From: a virus
DNA length: 64,000 nt
Direction: 5' to 3' (one strand)
IMG/VR virus record: IMGVR_UViG_3300028920_000035
Span: 32,001-96,000 of that record
A model generated the notes under the pieces. It saw only the letters and a list, made by a program, of their open reading frames with translations, was not told the DNA's origin and did not search any database. Shown here in pieces: positions 28,456-38,500 of the stretch; the stretch's first letter is position 1; each line of letters starts with the position of its first letter. Both the position numbers and the translations under genes were made by a program.

Positions 28456-31400
28456 ATGTCCTACGGACAAGGTGAGTATGGTCAACAAGGGTACGGCGGC
28501 TCCAGTTACGAGTCAGGCGGCCCTCAGCTCGTTAGCAGTGATCCCCCCGATTCGGGGACCGGTGTCAATGTCGATACCCCTATCGAGATGGTTTTGGCGA
28601 GCCCTGCCTCGCTTGACCTCAACACCCTGAACGTTGACATCGATGGTGCTCAAGCCATCGTCGGAGGGGTTTTCCAGGCTGGGTACACCGGTACCATCGA
28701 CCAGGACCCCGAGACCGAGATGGTGGTCACCATCTTGACGCACCCACAGTTCCCGGTGAGCGATGTCACCGTCGACATCACGATCACCGACCTTGCTGGG
28801 TTGTTGGCGACTCCTTCGTTCACTTTCACGGCCGGTCAGCTCGAAGAGACTGTGACCCTTGCCGAGACGGCGGCGGTCACCGTGGGCCACGCCGTCCCTG
28901 TGGCGGACTCGGTGGCCCTTGCTGAGGCGTTTTCTGAGGGTCCCGTTGTTAGTGAGTCCCTGGCTGTTTCTGACGCCGTAGTCAGCTATGAGGGCCAGGG
29001 CGTTGGCGCCCCCGACACGCTGTCCCTGTCGGAAGCCATCGAGCTGGGTCAGGGCCTGATCGTTGGTGTCACCGACTCCTTGGTTCTGGCTGATTTCGCC
29101 TACACGAGGGAGGCTGTCGAGGTCGCTGACAGCTTGGCCATCAGCGACGCCATCAACATCGGAACCGGAATCGACGTTCCTGAGACGTTGACCCTTTCTG
29201 ACAGCCTAGAAACCCTTCAAGCGCTTCAGGCCACAGTCCTCGACTACGCTTCAGCGTTTGAGACCGTCACTCTGAGTGTGGGCATAATCGTTGGGGTGGC
29301 GGACTCGCTGACCCTGACTGACGGGCTCGAAGAGTCCGTAGCCTACGCTGACGACCCCCTTACCGTGACCGACGGGGTGGAGGTCCTGGCCGGGCGCCAA
29401 GTGGGTGTCACCGACTCCCTTGCTTTGACCGAGAGCGTGGGCTTTGGTCGTGAGCACACTGTAGCAGAGTCCCTGACGGTTTCGGGTGCCGTTGATGCCG
29501 ACATGGGGCTGTCGGTTTCCGAAACCCTGAGCGCTTCTGACGCTGTAGGGACCGAGCAAGCACATGCTCGGGGGGCCTCGGAGACCGTTTCGCTATCGGA
29601 GGTTCTGGCCACTAGCGCGGGGCACAAGGCTACCGCCGCGGAAACCGTCTCAATCACCGAGAATGCGCTGAGCATCGACATCGGGGCAAACGTTTCGGAA
29701 TCCCTGAGCTTGTCCGAAGGAGTTGTTCCGGAGCAGGCCGCTGGGGTCACCGTCAATGAGACCATGAGCGTCACCGAGGGCGCTCTTGACATTGACCGAG
29801 GGACCACGGTCCTCGACTACCTGACTTCTTCTGACGGAGTTGCCGTCGAGCAGGCGACTCCTGTTCAGGATTCGGTTTCGGTTAGCGACGCCGCTGAGGC
29901 CGTCCAGGGCTACGAGGTAGGGGTCAGCGACTCCTTGCCTACCTTGGATTCGATCTCCACGGTGGTGGGGCAGGTTCTGCCCGTGTCCGACTTGATGGGC
30001 ACCGTCGATGCAGTTGATGTCAATGTCGAGATCACTCTCCCCGACTCCCTATCCACCAGTGATGCAGTGGGACCCTCTGCGGGTAATGCCCAGCCTGTTG
30101 CTGATGTCGTCGTAGCCGGGGATGCCGCCCAGACCCAATCCGACGCTTCGACTACCGTTGCCGACTCGACTACCTTGGCCGAGGGCCTCGACGTCGGCGT
30201 CTCGGTCATCCTGTCTGAATCATTGGCCGTCAGCGACGACGTGGGGGCCCAGCAGGGGTATCAGGTTCCCACGGGCGACGCGCTGGCGGTAGCCGATGTC
30301 GTTGGCACCGAGCAGGAGTATCAGGTCCCGGTTGCCGACTCTACGGCCACCAGCGACTCCTTCGGGCTGGGGGTCAGCATTGACGTCACGGAATCCTTAG
30401 GGGCTTTCGATAACGTCACCGAGAGTCGACTCGACCGTACCGTGGAGGCGGCCGAATCTGCTTCGGCTGTTGATGCCCTTGACGAGCAGGTTGGTCAAGG
30501 GGTGGTTGTCTCCGAAATCGCTTCGGTGGGGGATCTTGCCTCGTTAGGAGAGGGCCAGGTCGTCGGAGAAGCTCTGACAGTCGCCGATACCGTAGCGACC
30601 TCGATTCCAGAGACCGTCAACGTGGGGGACACCCTCACCGTTTCAGACGTCACTTCCCAAGGGTACGACGTTGGAATCGAAGTTGCGGAGGCCCTGGCTC
30701 TCACCGACGCCACGGCACCTTCCCGCAACGAAGACTTTGGGGTCGCCGAGACGCTGGCGATTCAAGAGCAGCTGTCCACGGGCTCGTTTCAGCTCATCAC
30801 AGGTGGGGACGGGCGCCTCCTGGAGGTCTACTTCACACAAGAAATACGGGTGGATGGGGTCTCCAACCTCTCGAACTACACTCTGGAGCCGACCCTTGAA
30901 TCCGACGGCGTGCCGGTTGCCATTCGATCAGCTGAGCCTATCTACGAGACCTTCCAGACGGGCTCTTCAGCTTTCTTGGCACCCAACAACCCTACGGACC
31001 TTTTCACTCGTCGGGTCTCGATCAACGGTGTGCTCAAGTCGGTCGAGCACGTGGGAACCTACTTCAGAATCTTGACCGGTCAGAACGTTGGAATCTATCG
31101 TATCGTCTCTATCGAGCAGGAGATTCCGGGGATTGCCATCGTAGATCGGGACCTTCAAACGGTCGACAACCTCTCCCTGGTTTGGCATCACACGTCGGCG
31201 GTTCGAGGGGTTCGGTTCCGAACCACCAAGTTCACTAACCTCCAGCCTTACCACTTTGAGGCTCGCAACCTGAAATCATGGGTTGCCGGCACTTCCGTGA
31301 CCGAGAGTGGCAACTTCCTGGCGCAGAACATCCCGGCCCCCCGTCTTCTGGAGGTCGAACCTCAGGACGACGGGTCCCTCATCGTCACTTATGACGAGAC

Positions 31401-34400
31401 CATGCGGATGGATGAGTCAGTGGGCAACCCTGCCGATTACTTGGTGTCAGGGCCCACCGCCGTCGTGGTGGATGTCAAAGTGCTCAACGATCGCCAGGTC
31501 CGATTGGAGCTGAGGGGCTTGTCGGCGGGCCTCTACACGCTGACTATCTCGACCTCGACCCCCAAAGACATCGCTGGCAACCCCCTTGACCCCGTATACA
31601 ACCAAGCCGCGTTCACGGGGGGTACACCGTTGCAGGTCCGCAGCGTTTTCACGGACAAGGGCCCCATTACCAAGCCGCCCGAGACTTTAGCGAGTGGCAC
31701 GGGTGCCGTACTTGATGACTTCAACGCTGTGACCTTGACGGGCGCCTCCTTGACTTCGGACGTGGTGGGCCGCCGCTTGACCCTGAGTGGTACAGGGTCC
31801 CATGCTGATGAGTACCTCATCAAGAGCTTGGTCAGCCCCACTCAGGTGCGAGTGAAGGGATGCTTCACTTTGCCCCACAGTGACACCTACGACTGGGAGG
31901 TTTTTGACCCCCGTGACGGGCAGATTGCCGACGACCCTAGCGATGTGGAGGTCCGGATCAACGGCACTCCCACGATGGTCGAGGCAGTCGTGGGCCTTTT
32001 GGGCCAGGTCGTTCTTCAGCAGACCCCGGGGGAGGACGACAACGTTCAGATCGACTACCACTGCATCTGTAATCCCACCGTCGAAGTGCGTCGGCTCAAC
32101 TCGCGGGAGTTCCGACTCAACTCGTGGAACCGGGACAATGGTTACCCCCGCGATCGGCAGCATCACTACCGCTTCAACAATGTTCTCATTCGGCCGAGCG
32201 ACTATGAAGCGACAGACCTGCGCGCCAAGCTCGATCAGCCTTTGGAACGCGAGCTTCACTACCGGGCCTACGAGCGCGCCTACACAGCTCTGCTCAACGA
32301 CCCCCAGCGGTTGGTCCTCAACAGCCCCAACCACCGCATCGCGTACCCCCCAGCTCAACGACTTCTGGAAGAGTCCCTCGTCAACTACGAAGGGACGGTT
32401 CTGCCCGAAAACGGTCCCACCCCCTGGGTTCGCAAGGGGGTGGGATCGGCATCGGTCTTGGCCGGAACGCTCACCGTGCAAGACGATTCTGACGGGGAGT
32501 TTCCCACGGGCCAGCCTGTCTTTTGGACCCGTTCCATCGACGTCACGTTCACCCACACTTACAGCCAAGCATGGCGCTCTCAGATTGACGTCGTGGACGA
32601 GTTTGAGGGCGTTTTCACAGGTGTGGCCGTAGGGTACTCCGACGAACGTGTGGCCGTCGTCGTGGGCTTCTTGGAAGAGGGGGGCGTCCAGAAGGTGGGC
32701 CTGCTCCAGCGTGGCGCTCTCGACCCAGGAGACCCCCTATCGTGGTCAGGTGGACTCAACCCCGACTTGACGGCGACGGGCGACGCCGCCGAGCTGGACT
32801 GGAGCGCGCTGCACAGTTACCGGCTCTACCGAGACCCAAATGGTACGGTGAGCCTTTACGTCGACGGCGACGTCGTGCCCATTCTGCAACTCGCCACTTC
32901 GAGCTTGCCGTATCTTCAGAGTGTTCCTTCTCCCTTCGACGAGATTCAGGGTGCGTTCTTCGGCAGCCTTTCGCGCCCGGCACGGAGCACATCGAGCTGG
33001 GACTTCGTACGCGTTCTCATCCAGCCCTCTAACCCGACCCAATCGGGCCCGGTGGCGATAACCCAGTACGAAGCCAACGTCCTACCCGAAAACGACGTTC
33101 GGCCCTGGACCCCGGTTGGCTACCACGGAACTGGGACAATTCTGTCGACAGATTTCCTCCTGTTGGACGCCACGAGCGCTACCGATGTGGCGACGGCTGC
33201 CGAGGCGGGCCTCATGGGTGGGGACTTTCGGGGCTACTTCCGGCTTGAACCCCTACTCAGCGCCGCCAGCGAGTACGTCGTCGATGCTGCGCCCGCCGTT
33301 CTGAACCTGACCCATGGATTTGATGCCAACGCCGTCATGTTTGCCGTGGACGACGGGCGCCGTTTGCTCCAGCTGAGTTTCCTCGCCGACAAGGAAGCTC
33401 CTCGACTGAGCTACGGCGGGCGATCCCTGCCAGAGGACTTTTCCCCCTACGCTTGGACCCCCATGGGCGGTCAGGCAGGAGAGATGGTAGGGCGGTCTTT
33501 GCGGGTCACGGACACCGTGGTGGGGGACGGTCTGATCTATGTTATCGAGGATTCAGAGCCCTCAGGTTCTGACAATCGGGTCGTGGCTACGGCTCTCGAT
33601 TCGGTGCTCGAAGCTCGACTCAAGGTGACATCCTACGTCGTCGACGGGAGTGGCTTTGCGGGCGCCTTCGCGACGGTTGATGACGGCCTACGTACTGTGG
33701 GGTTCCAGCTTCAGGAGGTCGCGGGGGTCAAGCAGGTCGCCTTGCATTCGGACGGCATCGTGGTCGCGGCCTTCGACTTCGATTGGGGTTCCAGCTTCCA
33801 CACCTACCGCGTCCGCAAGAACACGAGCGGTAACCTCGTAACCCTGTTCGTGGATGGTGTGCTGTTGGGGACCGCAGCGTACAGTTCGTTCACGGCGGGG
33901 GCCCCCGAGCTGGTGGGCCGTATTAGCTTTGGTAGCTCGACCCCCAGCAGTGCGGGCTCGACGGGGATCGTCGATTGGGCTTACTGTAACGCTTTCCGTG
34001 TTCATGTTGGGGTGGGCCCCCGGCGGTACGTCGGCGTTTGGAAAGGCTCCGATCCCGACAGCCTGCTGGGCTATCACCTGCCGCTCAAGACAAAGGGCAA
34101 GGGTGCTCGCACCTACAACACCGTTTACCTGATCGACGACAACGCCAACTTCTTGAGCACGACCGTCGCAGGAGACCAGCTCGTCATCGACGTGGGGCTC
34201 AATCGGGGGGTCTACACGGTTCACTCCGTCATCAGCAACACCGAGCTACGGATCGTCGAGACTTGGCCCGCGACGCCCACCGAGGTGGATTACCGCATCG
34301 CCAAGGAGACCGATTGGACGGTCCAGCACCGGTACCGTTTGGTCCGGGATACGTCGGGGGAGATTTCGGTCTTGCTCGATGCTAACCCAACTCCGCTCAT

Positions 34401-35499
34401 CTATCTGGCCTACGAGGAGCAGCCCTTGAGCAGCGCGGGCTTGGTCAATGAGCTGGCGGGAGGGCTTCCCACGGTCGTCTTTGGAGCCTTCAGCAGCGAG
34501 CACTTGAGCCAGTCGCGGTGGGACTACGTGCGCTACCAGATCACGCGCTCCCCGACCGAGATGCGGATCGTGCCGTCCAACCAGGTCCTCAACCAGTGGA
34601 ACGTGATGCACAGCCCCGAACGGCTGTTCACAGCGGAACCACACGACCTGACGGATTTCAAGTCGAGTTCAACGGGTATTGTACCCAAGAAGAACCCTGA
34701 TTTTTTGGCCGAAGACCACTTGGTGGCGTTCACCAAGCTCAACGAGGGCACTCCTCTCGTCCCTTTGACCCAGACATGGGAAGTCCGCAAGCCCTTCATC
34801 ACGACCGAGCCCATTAGCGGGCTCAACCGGCCTGAAGACGTCCTCAATTCCGACGGGGATTTCGTGCTCAACGACGGAGCTCTTAGAGCCCGAATGGTTG
34901 TGCCTGACGACGTGCTCTACTCCAGTCTTGACATCATCGAGCAGACGACGGGTGAGATTTCGCTGGTCAAGCCCTTTGATGACCAGTGTCAGCCCAGCTT
35001 TGACGGTGTTCAGTACCAGAAGCAGGTCTGCCTGACCTACGACGGGAGCGTCCTGCCGGAGATTGACCCTGCCGCCGCGACGCCTTGGGACCTCGTGAGC
35101 GACGACCCTGGCCAGGTGGCGGTGAGCGCCTTCAACGGCATTCTCACCTATGGGACGGGCACAGGGGGCACACGTACGGTCTACCGCAACAACAGCCCGC
35201 TGCCGGACCATCCGAGCCTGCAAAGCGAGGCGACATTCCGCCTGCGCTTGGCCAATGACGGTTCTCTAGGGACCGACGACTCCCAGGTGCGATTCGGCCT
35301 GAGTGCACCAGGGATGACAGCAGCCCTGGCATTCGTCACCAACCCTTCGACGGCCGAGCGGTTCCTCTTGGTCCTCGACCTCAACAACGGGGCTGTGCTG
35401 GGGAGTCAGAGCTTCGACTTCCTTGACGGGGCATATCACACATATCGGCTCGTGCGGGATCCCGCGGCGGGCGAATTTCGCGTCTTCATTGATTCGTGA
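28456..35499 (+). CDS. Giant fibre/appendage protein (2347 aa): Ig-like domain, acidic repeat stalk, Ig-like and lectin-like domains
   Basis: Big_5-like PQLVSSDPPDSGTGV.VDTPI. About 34 repeats of ~19 aa. Repeated DW...H.YR....G...L.VDG lectin-like modules. Confidence 0.7.
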   Translation: MSYGQGEYGQQGYGGSSYESGGPQLVSSDPPDSGTGVNVDTPIEMVLASPASLDLNTLNVDIDGAQAIVGGVFQAGYTGTIDQDPETEMVVTILTHPQFPVSDVTVDITITDLAGLLATPSFTFTAGQLEETVTLAETAAVTVGHAVPVADSVALAEAFSEGPVVSESLAVSDAVVSYEGQGVGAPDTLSLSEAIELGQGLIVGVTDSLVLADFAYTREAVEVADSLAISDAINIGTGIDVPETLTLSDSLETLQALQATVLDYASAFETVTLSVGIIVGVADSLTLTDGLEESVAYADDPLTVTDGVEVLAGRQVGVTDSLALTESVGFGREHTVAESLTVSGAVDADMGLSVSETLSASDAVGTEQAHARGASETVSLSEVLATSAGHKATAAETVSITENALSIDIGANVSESLSLSEGVVPEQAAGVTVNETMSVTEGALDIDRGTTVLDYLTSSDGVAVEQATPVQDSVSVSDAAEAVQGYEVGVSDSLPTLDSISTVVGQVLPVSDLMGTVDAVDVNVEITLPDSLSTSDAVGPSAGNAQPVADVVVAGDAAQTQSDASTTVADSTTLAEGLDVGVSVILSESLAVSDDVGAQQGYQVPTGDALAVADVVGTEQEYQVPVADSTATSDSFGLGVSIDVTESLGAFDNVTESRLDRTVEAAESASAVDALDEQVGQGVVVSEIASVGDLASLGEGQVVGEALTVADTVATSIPETVNVGDTLTVSDVTSQGYDVGIEVAEALALTDATAPSRNEDFGVAETLAIQEQLSTGSFQLITGGDGRLLEVYFTQEIRVDGVSNLSNYTLEPTLESDGVPVAIRSAEPIYETFQTGSSAFLAPNNPTDLFTRRVSINGVLKSVEHVGTYFRILTGQNVGIYRIVSIEQEIPGIAIVDRDLQTVDNLSLVWHHTSAVRGVRFRTTKFTNLQPYHFEARNLKSWVAGTSVTESGNFLAQNIPAPRLLEVEPQDDGSLIVTYDETMRMDESVGNPADYLVSGPTAVVVDVKVLNDRQVRLELRGLSAGLYTLTISTSTPKDIAGNPLDPVYNQAAFTGGTPLQVRSVFTDKGPITKPPETLASGTGAVLDDFNAVTLTGASLTSDVVGRRLTLSGTGSHADEYLIKSLVSPTQVRVKGCFTLPHSDTYDWEVFDPRDGQIADDPSDVEVRINGTPTMVEAVVGLLGQVVLQQTPGEDDNVQIDYHCICNPTVEVRRLNSREFRLNSWNRDNGYPRDRQHHYRFNNVLIRPSDYEATDLRAKLDQPLERELHYRAYERAYTALLNDPQRLVLNSPNHRIAYPPAQRLLEESLVNYEGTVLPENGPTPWVRKGVGSASVLAGTLTVQDDSDGEFPTGQPVFWTRSIDVTFTHTYSQAWRSQIDVVDEFEGVFTGVAVGYSDERVAVVVGFLEEGGVQKVGLLQRGALDPGDPLSWSGGLNPDLTATGDAAELDWSALHSYRLYRDPNGTVSLYVDGDVVPILQLATSSLPYLQSVPSPFDEIQGAFFGSLSRPARSTSSWDFVRVLIQPSNPTQSGPVAITQYEANVLPENDVRPWTPVGYHGTGTILSTDFLLLDATSATDVATAAEAGLMGGDFRGYFRLEPLLSAASEYVVDAAPAVLNLTHGFDANAVMFAVDDGRRLLQLSFLADKEAPRLSYGGRSLPEDFSPYAWTPMGGQAGEMVGRSLRVTDTVVGDGLIYVIEDSEPSGSDNRVVATALDSVLEARLKVTSYVVDGSGFAGAFATVDDGLRTVGFQLQEVAGVKQVALHSDGIVVAAFDFDWGSSFHTYRVRKNTSGNLVTLFVDGVLLGTAAYSSFTAGAPELVGRISFGSSTPSSAGSTGIVDWAYCNAFRVHVGVGPRRYVGVWKGSDPDSLLGYHLPLKTKGKGARTYNTVYLIDDNANFLSTTVAGDQLVIDVGLNRGVYTVHSVISNTELRIVETWPATPTEVDYRIAKETDWTVQHRYRLVRDTSGEISVLLDANPTPLIYLAYEEQPLSSAGLVNELAGGLPTVVFGAFSSEHLSQSRWDYVRYQITRSPTEMRIVPSNQVLNQWNVMHSPERLFTAEPHDLTDFKSSSTGIVPKKNPDFLAEDHLVAFTKLNEGTPLVPLTQTWEVRKPFITTEPISGLNRPEDVLNSDGDFVLNDGALRARMVVPDDVLYSSLDIIEQTTGEISLVKPFDDQCQPSFDGVQYQKQVCLTYDGSVLPEIDPAAATPWDLVSDDPGQVAVSAFNGILTYGTGTGGTRTVYRNNSPLPDHPSLQSEATFRLRLANDGSLGTDDSQVRFGLSAPGMTAALAFVTNPSTAERFLLVLDLNNGAVLGSQSFDFLDGAYHTYRLVRDPAAGEFRVFIDS
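28843..30780 (+). repeat. About 34 degenerate ~19-aa repeats, core [DE]-[ST]-L-x-[LVI]-[ST]-[DE]
   Basis: Counted by eye from ETVTLAE to ETLAIQE. The region is almost free of Lys. Confidence 0.8.
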
Positions 35500-35509
35500 G
35501 GCTAGGTAG

Positions 35510-38500
35510 ATGGCCATTTCCCTCATCAAGTTCACCCAAGGCACCAACACCGACGCCGCCGGACATGCGCTCCTCGGAACCATCGCTGGTGGTCCCGTCA
35601 CCGTCGAGAACGGTGGCGACAACACCAACACTTTGTCGTGGCGCATCGAGCTGCTCTATGCCCCGCCGGAAAGTGGCATGCCCACGGGGGTCGTGGCTTC
35701 CAATGCCAACGACGCGAATCCGACATTTGCTTTCACTCCTGACGCGACCGGCTGCTACCGATTCCGTCTGACCGTTTGGACCGGCGTGTCCTATTCAGGA
35801 ACACAGAACGTCGATATCCGTAACTTCGCGGTTCCCCTCAGCGAGAAAATCGTCCAGCCGCCGTATCAGACACACCCTCCAACCCTCCCCATTCAAGGGT
35901 CAGGGTATCCTGGCGAAAAGCCCGATGAGTTGAACTTCGGGGGGCAGCCCTACGGGTGGGCGGGCGATGACGACCCCACCCGCAAGCTCCTGCACCAGCA
36001 ACTGGCCGAGCTGAACGAGCTGGTGGCGCGGGTACCCGCGGTCACAAACGACGCCATCTTGGCGGCGGTCTCGAATATCCAGATGTCGGTTCCGCTCAAG
36101 ATGAACTTCGACGACGCGGGCAACATCTGGGTCGGCGACGGCAACTTGCTCGACAACACCGACCCTACGAACGGCGTCATCAGCGGCCCCACGATCCCAT
36201 CACCGACTCTTTCTCGGGCGTGGACCTATCCCCAGGTGTCTGACGCCCACCAGCGGACGATCGCGGCCGTCTACTCCCCCGTGACAGACACCATCTTCGC
36301 GGTCCGCTACATCGGGCAAGGAACCCACATTCACGAGCTGACCAAGACGTCCCCCATCACGGAGGTGCGGCCCCCGGTTGATCTGTTGACTACCTCCGAC
36401 GCGCGCAACATCATCACGGGAGGGGGTTATCTGTGGGTAGCGAGCCTTAACCAGGTTTGGCGTGTCAACCCTTCGACTTACTACACTGGGGGCATAGACG
36501 TTGTTGCTGATGGCAGTTCAACCACACCAGCTGGCTACAACGACGGCGCGCTTCTTTTCATCGAAGATACCATCTTTGGGGATGGGTTTGGCCGCTTTTT
36601 CTATACCACGGCCAGTGATGGGGGCATTCATCGTTTCCACTCGGACACCTTGGTCCACGAGGCGTCCTTCACTATGCCAGACACCCCGGCCTACGAGGTG
36701 GCACCTCCTGCCTATGACCCGACCAAGGGTCGTATCGGCGTGGTTTATGATGGGTCGTCCACGGGTATCAATTTCGTCACGTTTGACGCCGACACTTTGG
36801 GCGACAACCTACGCTCGATTGACCTGTCGTCTTACGGGCAACAGTACTTCTCGGTCGCCTATGAGCCGGTTTCGGACACCTACTGGATCTACGCTTACAA
36901 TCTCGCCAATCAAAATGGCGCGATCATTCGAGTTCAGGACACTGGTTCGGCCTTGGTGTATGTAGACACCTTGGACTTGGGGGTTACAGCCTCTGACTAC
37001 TACCCCCCCTACTACCCTCAGCTGACGACCTACGATGGGTACGTCTGGGTGGTGTGCCTGGAAAAGTTGTACGCTTCGACCCGGGCCTACCGATTCCTGC
37101 GTATTGATCCCCAAACGGATGTAGTTTTCCAGATCCCCATCAACAGCCGAACTTACTGGCGAGCTCCCACCCTAAGAGGTGATGTTGAAGGGTCTCTCGA
37201 CAATGCAGTGGTCACCCGCATTCGAGGGGTAGATGGTGTTGACTGGGGCACCGCTTGGACTACTTCGTTGAAGCAGGACGGTATGGTGCCGATGGTCCAC
37301 AGTGGTAGGGGCACCATCTCTCCCACGTTCCTTCCTGCCACCCAGCAGTCGTCCGCAACCGGTAGCCTTTTCCAGTACCAATCAAACGATGACCATCAAG
37401 GGTGGACCATTCGCCGGGATTCTGGGGTGGGGGGTTGGACTGCCCAGCTTCGACCTTCGTACGCCGTGGTGTCAGGGTCCATCGCTGACAGTCCTCAGCG
37501 AATGTACATGACAGATGTGAGTGGTCGAATTGGCAACGACGACCACCTAGCAGCGAACCGATCAGGGGTCATCGATCCGACCGCAGGCGGGGCCAACAGC
37601 TCTTACCGCATCTACGGGGTCACGGGCATCGGACGCAGTCCTCAATTTGGCACCGACTCGTTCCGCATGAAGACGGCCTACGAGAGCGTGGAGTTGACCT
37701 GGAGCCCCGACCATGATGGGTGGGTCATCACAAACCGTTACCGGCCATGGGAAGACGTTGTGCGGCCCAATCCGGTCAACCCCTCGACGATCATGGTCAA
37801 CTCGGGCAAGGCCGTCGTTCACGTCGACACGCGTACGGCGGGGCAGTCGGTGGCTCTTGCCAGCACTTTGATGTCCCACGACGACTGGGTCATCATCAAG
37901 GATTCCTACGGCAATGCAGCAGCCAACAACATCACCGTTGATGGGGGCCCCCACCTGATCGATGGGGTGGCTCAGGTCACTATTGATCAGGATTACGGCT
38001 GCTACATCTTCCGTTACGACGCTCAGGGTGACGACGACGCGGGGTCTTGGGAGGTTCTTGCCAACGTTGGTGCTGGTGGAGGCAGCGGCAGCAGTGACGA
38101 GTTGCCATACCCCCTGCCCACTGAAGAGAGAGTTCTTCGGGGGGGCCCCCTTGCCGTGAACAGCCTTTACTATGTCAGCACTGATGGGGTCGATTTGTGG
38201 CTAGGGCAGAGCCAGTTGGTTACCCAAGACCCTAATGGTGAAAAAAACAACTATCTTCGCACCCGGGGCGACGGGACCTTCACCGAAGTGGGAGACCCTC
38301 TCACGGGGACAATGTCCGAGTGGGCGACCGTTATGGTGCTGTACGAGCCGACTTTGGACCAAATGGTTGCGGTTCAATACGACACCGATTCCAACGCTTT
38401 ACGGTTGGCACCATTGTCTCGGACCACGCCCGCGGTCTTGGGGACGTCGACCCTCATTGCCCCACTCTTCTGCCCTACGGACGGTGTGGCAGGTGGTGGG

